From NCBI GenBank assembly GCA_965197645.1, contig OZ240219.1, positions 2,848,001 to 2,912,000 of the forward strand: a DNA stretch of 64,000 bases, in the 5' to 3' direction. How positions within the stretch are numbered: position 1 is the stretch's first letter; the number at the start of each line of letters is the position of its first letter. The notes beneath the pieces are model-generated. The model was not told the DNA's origin. It saw nothing but the letters and a program-made list of their open reading frames with translations, and searched no databases. Positions 1-8,086 of this stretch are shown here, piece by piece. The stretch is from Dehalococcoidia bacterium. Lineage in GTDB: Bacteria; Chloroflexota; Dehalococcoidia; Plut-88900. The position numbers and the translations under genes are program-made.

Positions 1-1263
1 ATCGTACTGCCGGTAAACCGATCGCTTGCTGGCGATGTTGGGAGAGCCCAGCAATCGGAGCAGCACGTCACTGGGTCCGATGGAAGGCAGCGGCACGTTG
101 TCCAGCCTCTGCAGGGCGTCCATCTCGGGCGGCCTCACACCCTGCAAGCGGTATTGTGGGGCATCGGTCAGCAGGTCAACGGGCAAGTCAGCCTCCTGCG
201 TGTCACCGTTCCATATCCTAGCCGTGCGATCGTCGGTAACCCGACCGATAACGTCTGCGCGAAGGTCCCACCTATTGGTCACCTCCCTCAACGCCAGCTC
301 CTCTTCGGGCTTGACGATTACCAGCATCCTCTCCTGGGACTCGGACAGCATCACCTCGTAGGGAGTCATCCCGTCTTCCCGCCGGGCGACCTTGGCTACG
401 TCCAGCTCTATTCCACTCCCCGCCCTGCCCGCGCTTTCGATGGCGGCACTGGTTAGACCCGCAGCTCCCAGATCAGCGATGCCGACTACTCCCTCCATCC
501 GGGACAGCTCCATGCAAGCCTCGATGAGAACCTTCTCCAGGAATGGATTTCCAACCTGCACCGTGGGCCGCAGCTCTCGCTCCTCCTCAAAACTGCGCGA
601 GGCCAGGCCCGACGCACCGTGTATCCCGTCCCGACCCGTATCCGCGCCTATCATTACCACGAGATTCCCTGATCCTTCGGCTCGTGCCCGCACCAGCCGG
701 TCCGTCTCCACCAGCCCGACGCACATGGCGTTTACCAGCGGATTGCCAGAGTAGGACTCGGAGAAGAAGACCTCGCCACCGACGTTGGGGACGCCGATGC
801 AGTTTCCGTAGTCGGCGATGCCCCCAACCACCCCGTCGAACAGGTATCGGTTCCGCTCTTTGTCCAGCGGCCCGAATCGCAGTGAGTTGAACAGGGCGAC
901 CGGTCGGGCTCCCATGGTGAAGATGTCCCTGACTATGCCTCCAACGCCCGTCGCCGCCCCTTCGTGAGGCTCGATGGCCGAGGGGTGGTTGTGAGACTCG
1001 ATCTTCATCACCACCGAGAGCCCGTCACCAATATCGACTACCCCGGCGTTTTCCACCCCGGGACCCACCACCACCCTTTCGCCGGTGGACGGGAACTGTC
1101 TCAGCAGCGGCTTGGAGTGCTTGTAGCTGCAGTGCTCGCTCCACAGGGACCCCAGAATGCCCAGCTCGACGGAATTTGGCTCCCTGCCCAACCGCTCTAC
1201 GATGAGGTCGTACTCATCGAGACTCATGGCTATCTGGTCCAGGACTTCCTGCGATACGGCCAT
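1..1263 (-). CDS. purL: Phosphoribosylformylglycinamidine synthase subunit PurL (runs off the window edge, 3' part missing)
   Basis: Not in the ORF track. Manual translation from ATG 1263 gives [51 protein letters not shown], with the PurL WSEHCSYK motif and later KIESHNHP. Lies downstream of purQ. Confidence 0.95.
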   Translation of the reverse strand, partial: MAVSQEVLDQIAMSLDEYDLIVERLGREPNSVELGILGSLWSEHCSYKHSKPLLRQFPSTGERVVVGPGVENAGVVDIGDGLSVVMKIESHNHPSAIEPHEGAATGVGGIVRDIFTMGARPVALFNSLRFGPLDKERNRYLFDGVVGGIADYGNCIGVPNVGGEVFFSESYSGNPLVNAMCVGLVETDRLVRARAEGSGNLVVMIGADTGRDGIHGASGLASRSFEEERELRPTVQVGNPFLEKVLIEACMELSRMEGVVGIADLGAAGLTSAAIESAGRAGSGIELDVAKVARREDGMTPYEVMLSESQERMLVIVKPEEELALREVTNRWDLRADVIGRVTDDRTARIWNGDTQEADLPVDLLTDAPQYRLQGVRPPEMDALQRLDNVPLPSIGPSDVLLRLLGSPNIASKRSVYRQYD

Positions 1264-1265
1264 TG

Positions 1266-2111
1266 TTAGTTTCTCACCACCAGCATACTGAGCAGCGCTA
1301 TTCCGTTGTTCAGGAAGTGGGCCAGCACCGAGCTCCACAATTGTCGGCTCCTATAGTAGGCCCCGGCCAGCAGCAACCCTAGAACGAACAGTGGAAATAT
1401 CTTGATCGGCTCTACGTGGGCCAGCCCGAAGAGCAGTGAGCTTATGGTCGCGGCCTTCCAGAATCCAAACCGGCCCGTCAGTCCGCCGAGCACAAACCCC
1501 CTGAAAAACAGCTCTTCGCACACCGGGGCAACAAGCAGGGCCAGGAGGGCGAGCAGGACCACGAAGACCGTTCCCCCTTCTAAGAAGGTAGGAGAGGCAG
1601 CTCCCTCTGTGTCGATTCCCACGGCTTCCAGAACGGTGAGGTAGGAGATCTGAACTATCAGGCCAACGATTACTACCGCAGCGGCAAAGCCAACGTCTCG
1701 TACATTTGGTCCTCTCTGGAAGCCCAGCGCCCTCCACGATATCCGGTATTTCGAGATGGCGAACAGCCAGACCGTCACCAACAGCAGCGCTTCGACGGCC
1801 GCTGTTGCCGCCAGCGCCAGTATCCCGGTGTCCTCCCCACCGATCAGGAGTAGAAGGAGAACAAACAGGGCAACCGCACTTACGGTAAAGGCTATAGCGA
1901 ACACGACCCCTTTCAAGACATCGAGGGGCGTCCACGGTATCCGGTCGCCGAAATCGGGTTCCCCGCTCCTAGCCACCTCCTCAGAGGCGGCTATCGCCGG
2001 CGCCGATTCCCAGCTCTGACCGCCGCACCGAGAACAGTATCGAAGCTCCTGCAACGAGGGTTGGTTGCACTGGCGGCACAGCTTCCACTGCTCCAACGTA
2101 TTCTCCGCCAT
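1266..2111 (-). CDS. CPBP/Abi (CAAX protease-like) intramembrane metalloprotease with N-terminal zinc ribbon
   Basis: [12 protein letters not shown] and HFLNN motifs; several hydrophobic segments; N-terminal CRQC...CSRC. Confidence 0.88.
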   Translation of the reverse strand: MAENTLEQWKLCRQCNQPSLQELRYCSRCGGQSWESAPAIAASEEVARSGEPDFGDRIPWTPLDVLKGVVFAIAFTVSAVALFVLLLLLIGGEDTGILALAATAAVEALLLVTVWLFAISKYRISWRALGFQRGPNVRDVGFAAAVVIVGLIVQISYLTVLEAVGIDTEGAASPTFLEGGTVFVVLLALLALLVAPVCEELFFRGFVLGGLTGRFGFWKAATISSLLFGLAHVEPIKIFPLFVLGLLLAGAYYRSRQLWSSVLAHFLNNGIALLSMLVVRN

Positions 2112-2114
2112 GGA

Positions 2115-2816
2115 CTAGACCGCCGGTGCCTTCAGGTGCTCCACCACCGACTCGAACACCGGCCTGCCGTCCTCGCCGCCCAGGATCTCCTCGCAACAGC
2201 GTTCGGGATGGGGCATCATGCCCAGCACATTGCCCGCTGGGTTCACTATCCCCGCTATGCCATTCAAAGACCCGTTGGGGTTGGACTCGGGGGTTACGTC
2301 GCCGTTTTCATTGCAGTATCTGAACACTATCCGTCCGGACTCCTCCAGCTCCCGGATAGTGGGCTCATCGGCGTAGTACCTACCCTCACCGTGGGAGATG
2401 GGCATCCTGGCCACCTGTCCCGGTGAGTAGCCGCTACTGAAAGGCGTAGAGACATCTTCCACCCGCAAATCGACCCACTGGCATCGAAATTGGAGCACGT
2501 CGTTGCGCATCAGTACCCCGGGCAGCAGTCCCGCTTCGCAAAGTATCTGGAAGCCGTTGCATATCCCTATCACCGGCTTCCCTCGCTCGGCGAACTTCCT
2601 GATCTCGCCCATAACCGGCGCAAAACGAGCGATGGCGCCGCATCTGAGGTAATCTCCGTAGGAGAATCCGCCGGGCAGGACCAGGCAATCGTACCCGGAC
2701 AGGTCCGATTCCTGGTGCCAGACGTAGGACACATCCTGTTCTAGGACCTGGGATAGCACGTGGTGGCAATCTCCATCGCTCCACGTGCCTGGAAAAACGA
2801 CCACGCCAAACTTCAT
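2115..2816 (-). CDS. purQ: Phosphoribosylformylglycinamidine synthase glutaminase subunit PurQ
   Basis: [25 protein letters not shown] and MMPHPER motifs. Confidence 0.96.
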   Translation of the reverse strand: MKFGVVVFPGTWSDGDCHHVLSQVLEQDVSYVWHQESDLSGYDCLVLPGGFSYGDYLRCGAIARFAPVMGEIRKFAERGKPVIGICNGFQILCEAGLLPGVLMRNDVLQFRCQWVDLRVEDVSTPFSSGYSPGQVARMPISHGEGRYYADEPTIRELEESGRIVFRYCNENGDVTPESNPNGSLNGIAGIVNPAGNVLGMMPHPERCCEEILGGEDGRPVFESVVEHLKAPAV

Positions 2817-2866
2817 CCTGGGATAGCACGTGGTGGCTCCGATTCCACGTGTCTACCACGAATCAT
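2747..2866. repeat. Degenerate tandem duplication of the purQ 5' end
   Basis: Exact 21-bp direct repeat CCTGGGATAGCACGTGGTGGC at 2747-2767 and 2817-2837, followed by further colinear matches with gaps. Confidence 0.85.
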
Positions 2867-2925
2867 CCGTCCTCCGATTCGTCTAGGAATACTCGGCTAT
2901 GATACTTCATGGGCAGACCGGTATA

Positions 2926-2977
2926 AACAAAAGGCCCGGTCTTTCCGCACCCACCCTCAGGGGATGCCAACCGGGCC
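2926..2977 (-). terminator. Putative intrinsic terminator of rpsU-yqeY
   Basis: GGCCCGGT (2933-2940) / ACCGGGCC (2970-2977) inverted repeat followed by TTTTGTTT on the minus strand; the loop is long. Confidence 0.5.
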
Positions 2978-3017
2978 ATTCTGCAATCTGTTTGGATGAA
3001 ATCAGTAGTCGAATACG

Positions 3018-3473
3018 CTAGCCTTCCAGGGCTTGGAGGAGGCCGGTAACCACCTCGTTCACCTCTCTGCCGTCGGCCTTGCCCTTGAGCTGGCCCATAA
3101 GCTTACCCATCACCTTGCCTTTGTCGCCAGGGCCCTGGGCGCCCACCTCGCCGATTACCCGTTGGGCAACCTCGCTGATCTCCTCGCGGGACATCTGCTC
3201 GGGCATGTAGGCCATAATCACCGCCAGCTCCGCCTCTTCCCTCTCCAGCAAGTCGGTCCGGTCCGCCTTGCGAAACTCCTCGATGCTCTCCTTGCGGCTC
3301 CTCACCTCCCGAGATACGGCCTGGACCAGTTCCGCATCGTCCAGCGGCTCGCCCTTGGCTTTCTCGGCGTAAAGAATCGACGACTTCAGCATCCGCAATG
3401 CGGAGCGTCTCACGTCGTCCTTGCTTCGGACCGCGTCCAGCAGTTCTGCTTGTAGCTGTTCCTGTAGGGACAT
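3018..3473 (-). CDS. yqeY: GatB/YqeY domain protein
   Basis: Typical YqeY sequence (ESIEEFRKADRTDL, YMPEQMS, GKVMG, GKADG) in the conserved position after rpsU. Confidence 0.92.
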   Translation of the reverse strand: MSLQEQLQAELLDAVRSKDDVRRSALRMLKSSILYAEKAKGEPLDDAELVQAVSREVRSRKESIEEFRKADRTDLLEREEAELAVIMAYMPEQMSREEISEVAQRVIGEVGAQGPGDKGKVMGKLMGQLKGKADGREVNEVVTGLLQALEG

Positions 3474-3525
3474 AGAAAAGACCGGGAAACCCCGGCTTGG
3501 AATAGATTAGAGTTGACCGCCCAGC

Positions 3526-3708
3526 CTAGGTGCGCCTGAGGCTCTTCCGCCTTCTGGCCGCTTCCTTCTTCTTGCGCTTGATGCTGGGCTTTTCGAAATA
3601 CTCTCGACGGCGCGCCTCGGACAGTATGCCATTCTGCTGGACTTTCTTGTTGAATCTCTTCAGGAGGCTCTCGAAATTCTCGTCTCGTCCTAGCCTTACC
3701 TCTGCCAC
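3526..3708 (-). CDS. rpsU: 30S ribosomal protein S21
   Basis: ENFESLLKRFNKKV...RRREYFEKPSIKRKKK. Confidence 0.96.
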   Translation of the reverse strand: MAEVRLGRDENFESLLKRFNKKVQQNGILSEARRREYFEKPSIKRKKKEAARRRKSLRRT

Positions 3709-3759
3709 ATCGGATTCCCCCTTTCCAGACAGTTTGAGGCTTTCCCACCTCTATCGGCG

Positions 3760-3789
3760 ATTATAGGCACACCCGAAAAAATGTGTCAA
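3760..3789 (-). promoter_or_regulatory. Sigma-70-type promoter of rpsU
   Basis: Minus strand: TTGACA (3789-3784), 18-nt spacer, TATAAT (3765-3760). Confidence 0.7.
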
Positions 3790-3867
3790 GGAAACTGGCA
3801 ATGATGCACTTGACACACCCTGATAGCTGTGATACGATTTCCTTGTAGTCAAAACGAGGTATCACAG

Positions 3868-4866
3868 ATGCAATCAGAGAAGCTAACCTTTCAAGCGGTG
3901 TTGCGGTGGGATGAGGAACAGTGCAGGCATTTTCTAGCCTCAATGCGGTGGCCTCAAGGTATCCGTTGCCCCAAGTGCGGCGCTACAGACGAACCTTACA
4001 CCATCACCCGCAAAAAGCCAGGCAAAAACAAGGTAACATCCCTCTACAAGTGCCGGGCTTGTAAGCGCCAGTTCAGCGCCACCCTCGGAACCATCTTTGA
4101 AGACAGCCACATTCCCCTCAACAAGTGGCTGGCGGCCTTATTCCTGATGGTGTCCAGCAAGAAGGGCATCAGTGCCCACCAGCTTTACCGCCTTCTTGAT
4201 TTGGGTTCCTACCGTACCGGGTGGTTCATGGCCCATCGTATACGGGAAGCTATGCGGGAGAAGGGATTGCTTGAACCTCTGTCCGGCGATGTAGAGGCCG
4301 ACGAAACGTACTTGCACCCTCGCCGCCGGCGTGGAAGCCCTGGATACCATGAGCGTGTCCAGGATGAGATTGAGATGGGCATTCGCCCGAAGCCCAGGCG
4401 GAAAGGCCCCTACGAGGGCAAGGCGGTTGTGTTCGGCATGCAAGAGCGTGATGCGAATGTTAGGACGGTGCATGTGCCCGACGCAACTCGCCAGACACTG
4501 CACCCGATAATCCGGCGGTGGATCGACTCGTTAAACACACGGCTGATTACGGACCAGCACCCGGCCTATCGTTTAGCGAAACGGTTCGTGAAGCACGAAA
4601 CCATCAACCACGAAACCGAGTACGTCCGGGGCGATGTGCACACGCAGAATATCGACAACTACTGGTCGATCTTCAAGAGGGGCATCTACGGGGTGTTCCA
4701 CCACATTGGGGAGGACTACCTACCCAACTACCTCAGCGAGTTTGACTTTAGGCGGAACCGGCGGAAGATATCGGACGTGGAGCGGTTCGTTAGTCTGATG
4801 GGCCAGCTTCAGGGCCGTCTTCTGTGGTACTGCAAGACTCCCCAGCCGGCGAATCCTTACGCGTAG
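3868..4866 (+). CDS. IS1595-family transposase
   Basis: N-terminal zinc ribbon (RWPQGIRCPKC...YKCRAC), GTIFEDSHIPL, VEADETY, LITD, HTQNIDNYWS and YLSEFDFR motifs. ATG 3868 follows GAGGT; the track uses GTG 3829. Confidence 0.93.
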   Translation: MQSEKLTFQAVLRWDEEQCRHFLASMRWPQGIRCPKCGATDEPYTITRKKPGKNKVTSLYKCRACKRQFSATLGTIFEDSHIPLNKWLAALFLMVSSKKGISAHQLYRLLDLGSYRTGWFMAHRIREAMREKGLLEPLSGDVEADETYLHPRRRRGSPGYHERVQDEIEMGIRPKPRRKGPYEGKAVVFGMQERDANVRTVHVPDATRQTLHPIIRRWIDSLNTRLITDQHPAYRLAKRFVKHETINHETEYVRGDVHTQNIDNYWSIFKRGIYGVFHHIGEDYLPNYLSEFDFRRNRRKISDVERFVSLMGQLQGRLLWYCKTPQPANPYA

Positions 4867-4996
4867 CGTCATCATCCCGCACTAGCGCGGTCACCGCTTC
4901 CTCGAACGATAGGTGCGCCAGCGAGATTCGTGTTTCGGCCTCGCTCCGCCTTTCAGTCATTGATCGTGCCTCCCCATTCATGTTACCCTAAATAGC

Positions 4997-5069
4997 GAAC
5001 GGCGACCCGAGCCTACTCGTCTGCAGGTTCCGACACCTGGTGTTAGCAGCACCGGGCGGGTCGCCGTTC
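4997..5069 (+). ncRNA. Putative structured RNA/DNA element (possible three-way junction) directly upstream of the tRNA
   Basis: Perfect 13-bp outer stem GAACGGCGACCCG (4997-5009) / CGGGTCGCCGTTC (5057-5069) enclosing the hairpin CCTGGTGT-TAGCA-GCACCGGG (5036-5056). Confidence 0.5.
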
Positions 5070-5073
5070 ACTT

Positions 5074-5164
5074 GGAAGGAGACCTAAGCTGGTGCTTAAT
5101 GCGGGCTTAAAACCTGTAGGGGCCGTGCCCACAGCGCGGTCAGGTTCGATTCCCTCTCCTTCCG
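5074..5164 (+). tRNA. Non-canonical tRNA-Sec-like (9/3 allo-tRNA-type) gene, anticodon UAA, discriminator G, CCA not encoded
   Basis: Acceptor GGAAGGAGA/TCTCCTTCC (9 bp); D arm TAAGC-TGGT-GCTTA; anticodon arm TGCGGG-CTTAAAA-CCTGTA; variable arm GGCCGTGC-CCACA-GCGCGGTC; T arm AGG-TTCGATT-CCC. Confidence 0.85.
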
Positions 5165-5186
5165 CTCTATCAAAAGGAGTTTAATC

Positions 5187-5663
5187 ATGCACGATGCAAG
5201 CAACAATAACGGGCAAACATCCAAAATGACTGTACAAGCAGATATGCACAGTGAAGCGGTCATTGTGGAACTTCAGGCGTTGTTGCGGCAACAAGAAACG
5301 GAGCGGCAAGCTGCTGAGCGCAAGATGGTTGAAGCCCGTGATACGGTGGCGGCAAACGAGCAAGCCATCGCTCACATCCAAGCCACCATCGACATGTACC
5401 GAGAGAAACACGGATTGCCTATTCCCAAAGACGAACAAGACCCTGTACTGGCGTCAGAATATGCGCGCATGGGGCCGACCGCATTGGTCAAGACATGGGC
5501 CGGCAGACACAACGGCGAAGTGATGGTCAAGGACCTTACTAAAGTTGGGCTAAAGGCTGGCGTGTTTCAAAAGTACCGCAACGGGTCAAGCAGCATCTAT
5601 TCCGTGCTGAAACGAGGCCCCTATGAACAGATCAAGCCAGGGCATTTTCGACAGCGACGCTAA
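5187..5663 (+). CDS. IS passenger hypothetical protein (N-terminal coiled coil, basic C-terminal domain that may bind nucleic acid)
   Basis: 158-aa ORF with AAGGAG RBS, starting 23 nt after the tRNA; heptad-like N-terminal half; the domain call is inference. Confidence 0.65.
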   Translation: MHDASNNNGQTSKMTVQADMHSEAVIVELQALLRQQETERQAAERKMVEARDTVAANEQAIAHIQATIDMYREKHGLPIPKDEQDPVLASEYARMGPTALVKTWAGRHNGEVMVKDLTKVGLKAGVFQKYRNGSSSIYSVLKRGPYEQIKPGHFRQRR

Positions 5664-5664
5664 C

Positions 5665-6207
5665 TTACTGGCGTTCCACGTCCACAGAAAACATCACGGA
5701 TTCAGTGGAGGGCAGGTAGTACAGGGTGAGCCACGCTTTCCCCTTCTTAGTCTGTAACTTTTTCTGGGTAAGGTTAAGGTCGTCTATCTTTGACACCACC
5801 CAGGTTTCCCCCTCCCGCCACTGACTCCCCATCGCTATCTGTAGCATCTTGCGCACAAGCGGGTCGATTATGGCCAGTGTGCTTGCCTGCAACCGGAACG
5901 TCGCCTCGATAGCATTAACACCCTCGCTCGGCCCGAATATGTCTACCGTGATATCCCCGGTCCGTGTCTTGGTGCTATACCAGTCGTTCGTATGCTTGTT
6001 GAGCGGCATCAACCCAATGCTCAACTGCTTGAAGCTGCTAAAGGCATCTTGGCGGCTGACGCCAAAATCGCCAGTGGTTGCTAGCGGGGTTGGTGCCGCT
6101 GTATAAGCCGGCGTGGGTGGGACGTACGGCTTGGCCTCGCAAGCTACCGCTCCAGTCATTAGGATCGCGATGGCTAGAATGGCAAGAATCCGAATCGGCT
6201 TGAACAT
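5665..6207 (-). CDS. IS passenger putative lipoprotein
   Basis: From ATG 6207: MFKPIRILAILAIAILMTGAVA-C signal peptide/lipobox and a Pro/Thr-rich linker. Confidence 0.65.
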   Translation of the reverse strand: MFKPIRILAILAIAILMTGAVACEAKPYVPPTPAYTAAPTPLATTGDFGVSRQDAFSSFKQLSIGLMPLNKHTNDWYSTKTRTGDITVDIFGPSEGVNAIEATFRLQASTLAIIDPLVRKMLQIAMGSQWREGETWVVSKIDDLNLTQKKLQTKKGKAWLTLYYLPSTESVMFSVDVERQ

Positions 6208-6461
6208 GTGGAACCCCCTTGCAAGTACGGATTCGGCACTTGCTACAGTCGCCGCGTCCATGTCAGCCTCGCAAGGGGGCACGTGGCCAAACCTATACAG
6301 GCTGACTGGAGACGACTGTAGCGTCGCCAATGTAACTTACGGGGGTGGGTGTGTCAAATGACTAATTGCCAGGAAACTGGCCTTGAACCCGCTTGGAGGC
6401 CCTCATATACTGGGACCGGAGCACTATCAAGCCGACAGCGAGTATCAAAGAGGAGGACGAG

Positions 6462-6716
6462 ATGCCCGAGGAGGAGATTGGCAGCGTGTCCGATTTCTTC
6501 GCACGTCCAGTTGTGGCCGGCATAGAGTTGACCAGCTCTCTCAAAGTGGGCGATACGATCCACATCAAAGGCCACACCACGGACCTGCAGTTCACCGTCG
6601 CATCGATGCAGATAGACAACGACAGTGTTGAAGAGGCTTCGGCGGGGCAGGCCGTTGGCATCAAGCTATCCGATCGGGCCAGAAGGGGAGATAAGGTCTA
6701 CAAGGTCGTCGAGTAG
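6462..6716 (+). CDS. Small beta-barrel protein (peptidase U32 C-terminal / translation elongation factor-like domain)
   Basis: MPEEEIGSVSDFFARPVVAGIEL...LKVGDTIHIKGHTTD...SMQID...GDKVYKV; AGGAGG RBS before ATG 6462. Confidence 0.8.
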   Translation: MPEEEIGSVSDFFARPVVAGIELTSSLKVGDTIHIKGHTTDLQFTVASMQIDNDSVEEASAGQAVGIKLSDRARRGDKVYKVVE

Positions 6717-6762
6717 CCGACCTGTGTTGCCTCTCCTCCCGACCCAGGAGTAATATTGCCCC

Positions 6763-8070
6763 ATGAAGCTGGAGATGGGCGTCTTCAACGTAACCCAGGC
6801 GGAGTTCTCCGATAGGACCGAGTTCCACGACGGAGTCCTTTCAATCAACAAGGCCGAGCTTCTCCAGCACCTCTCGAAGGACTCTCCGTTTCAGAGGGTC
6901 GAACTCGACCTCGTACGGCCCGGCGAAGATGCCCGCATCGTCCACGCCCTTGACATCGCCGAGCCCCGGGTCAAGGTCTCCGGCCCCGGTCAGGTCTTCG
7001 CTGGCATGCTGGGACCTCCCAGCCAGGCAGGCGAAGGTCGTACCCATCGGCTGGCCGGCTTCTCCGTTGTTGGCGCCGCCGAACCGTTTCCCGGAGAGGA
7101 CGTCTGGTACGCCCGGGAAGCGGTGATCGATATGTCCGGCCCGGGCGCCGACTACTCTCTCTTCTCGCAGACGATAAACCTGGTGCTCTCCTTTGTACCT
7201 CACGATGGACCGACTGCCAACGAGCTGGAGGAGAGGCTCAACTACGAGGTGGACTACAAGACGGGCCAGGCCCAGGAGTACACTCTCCAGTCCCGATTGC
7301 TGGGCCTCAAAGCCGCCGGCTACCTCGCTGAGGCCGTCCGCAATATCGAGCCACCCGATATCGATATCTATGAGCTTTCGCCCGTGGAAGACAACCTACC
7401 CGGAATAGTCTACCTGGTTCAAAACCTGGGCGGTGTGATCTACGGAGCAAACGGCGCTCGGAGCAACAATGCCGTTCTGCTCCACCCCAACGAGCTAATG
7501 GACGGCGCAGTAGTCAACGGCAAGTGGTGGAACCACGCCTGCATGAGAGAGGCTACCTACCTCTTCCAGAACGATGCCGTAGTCAGCACTTTGTACGGCG
7601 CCCACGGCAAGACGCTCAACTTCCTCGGCGTAATCTTCTTCGACGGGGGCCAGTACGAGCTGGGGGACAAGGACCGGGAGAGCAGCGAGGTAGTAAAGAT
7701 CTCACGCATGTTGGGCGCCGATGGGGCCATCATTTCCCCCCTCAGCGCAGGACACCAGGCCGTCGGCTACATGATGATTTGCCAAAAGTGTGAGAACGCG
7801 GGAATCAGCACCGTCCTGGGAATAGGCCAGATGACCAACAACAAAGGCGACCCCGGCTTCACAACCTGGGTCCCCGAGGCCGACGCCATCATCATTCCAG
7901 GAGACGACGAGGAGATCCTTTCCCTTCCTGCGGTGAAGAGGGTGATCGGCGGGACCACGATAATGAACTCGTCCCAGGACGCGTCGGGGCCGATTGAGAT
8001 ACAATTGCGATCGATATACGGCGCCACCGGACCGATAGCGCCGGGCAGGTTAAGCGGCCGGTTGTACTAG
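6763..8070 (+). CDS. Glycine/sarcosine/betaine reductase component B proprotein (GrdE-like)
   Basis: DIAEPRVKVSG, GEGRTHRLAG, IDMSGPGADYS and LHPNELMDGAVV motifs; Cys in HACMREATY at the approximate proprotein cleavage position; directly upstream of the grdB-like gene. Confidence 0.85.
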   Translation: MKLEMGVFNVTQAEFSDRTEFHDGVLSINKAELLQHLSKDSPFQRVELDLVRPGEDARIVHALDIAEPRVKVSGPGQVFAGMLGPPSQAGEGRTHRLAGFSVVGAAEPFPGEDVWYAREAVIDMSGPGADYSLFSQTINLVLSFVPHDGPTANELEERLNYEVDYKTGQAQEYTLQSRLLGLKAAGYLAEAVRNIEPPDIDIYELSPVEDNLPGIVYLVQNLGGVIYGANGARSNNAVLLHPNELMDGAVVNGKWWNHACMREATYLFQNDAVVSTLYGAHGKTLNFLGVIFFDGGQYELGDKDRESSEVVKISRMLGADGAIISPLSAGHQAVGYMMICQKCENAGISTVLGIGQMTNNKGDPGFTTWVPEADAIIIPGDDEEILSLPAVKRVIGGTTIMNSSQDASGPIEIQLRSIYGATGPIAPGRLSGRLY

Positions 8071-8086
8071 AGAGCGAGGCGATGTC

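Larger units (their letters stand above)
3797..6370 (+). mobile_element. Complete IS1595-family element with passenger genes (transporter IS), 2574 bp
   Basis: Left TIR GGCAATGATGCACTTGACACACCC (3797-3820) matches the reverse complement of the right TIR (6347-6370, GGCAATTAGTCATTTGACACACCC) at 20/24 positions. 8-bp target duplication AGGAAACT at 3789-3796 and 6371-6378. IS1595-type transposase inside. Confidence 0.93.

Noticed and set aside
4790-4981. 63-aa minus-strand ORF overlapping the transposase 3' end
   Set aside because: It could be a real small IS-associated gene (ISLAHLSFEEAVTAL), but there is no clear family evidence and it overlaps the transposase by 77 nt.
5074-5164. The tRNA as host selC or as an ordinary tRNA-Leu
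   Set aside because: The anticodon is UAA rather than UCA, and the acceptor branch is 9/3 rather than 8/5 (Sec) or 7/5. The 4-nt D loop and G73 do not fit tRNA-Leu.
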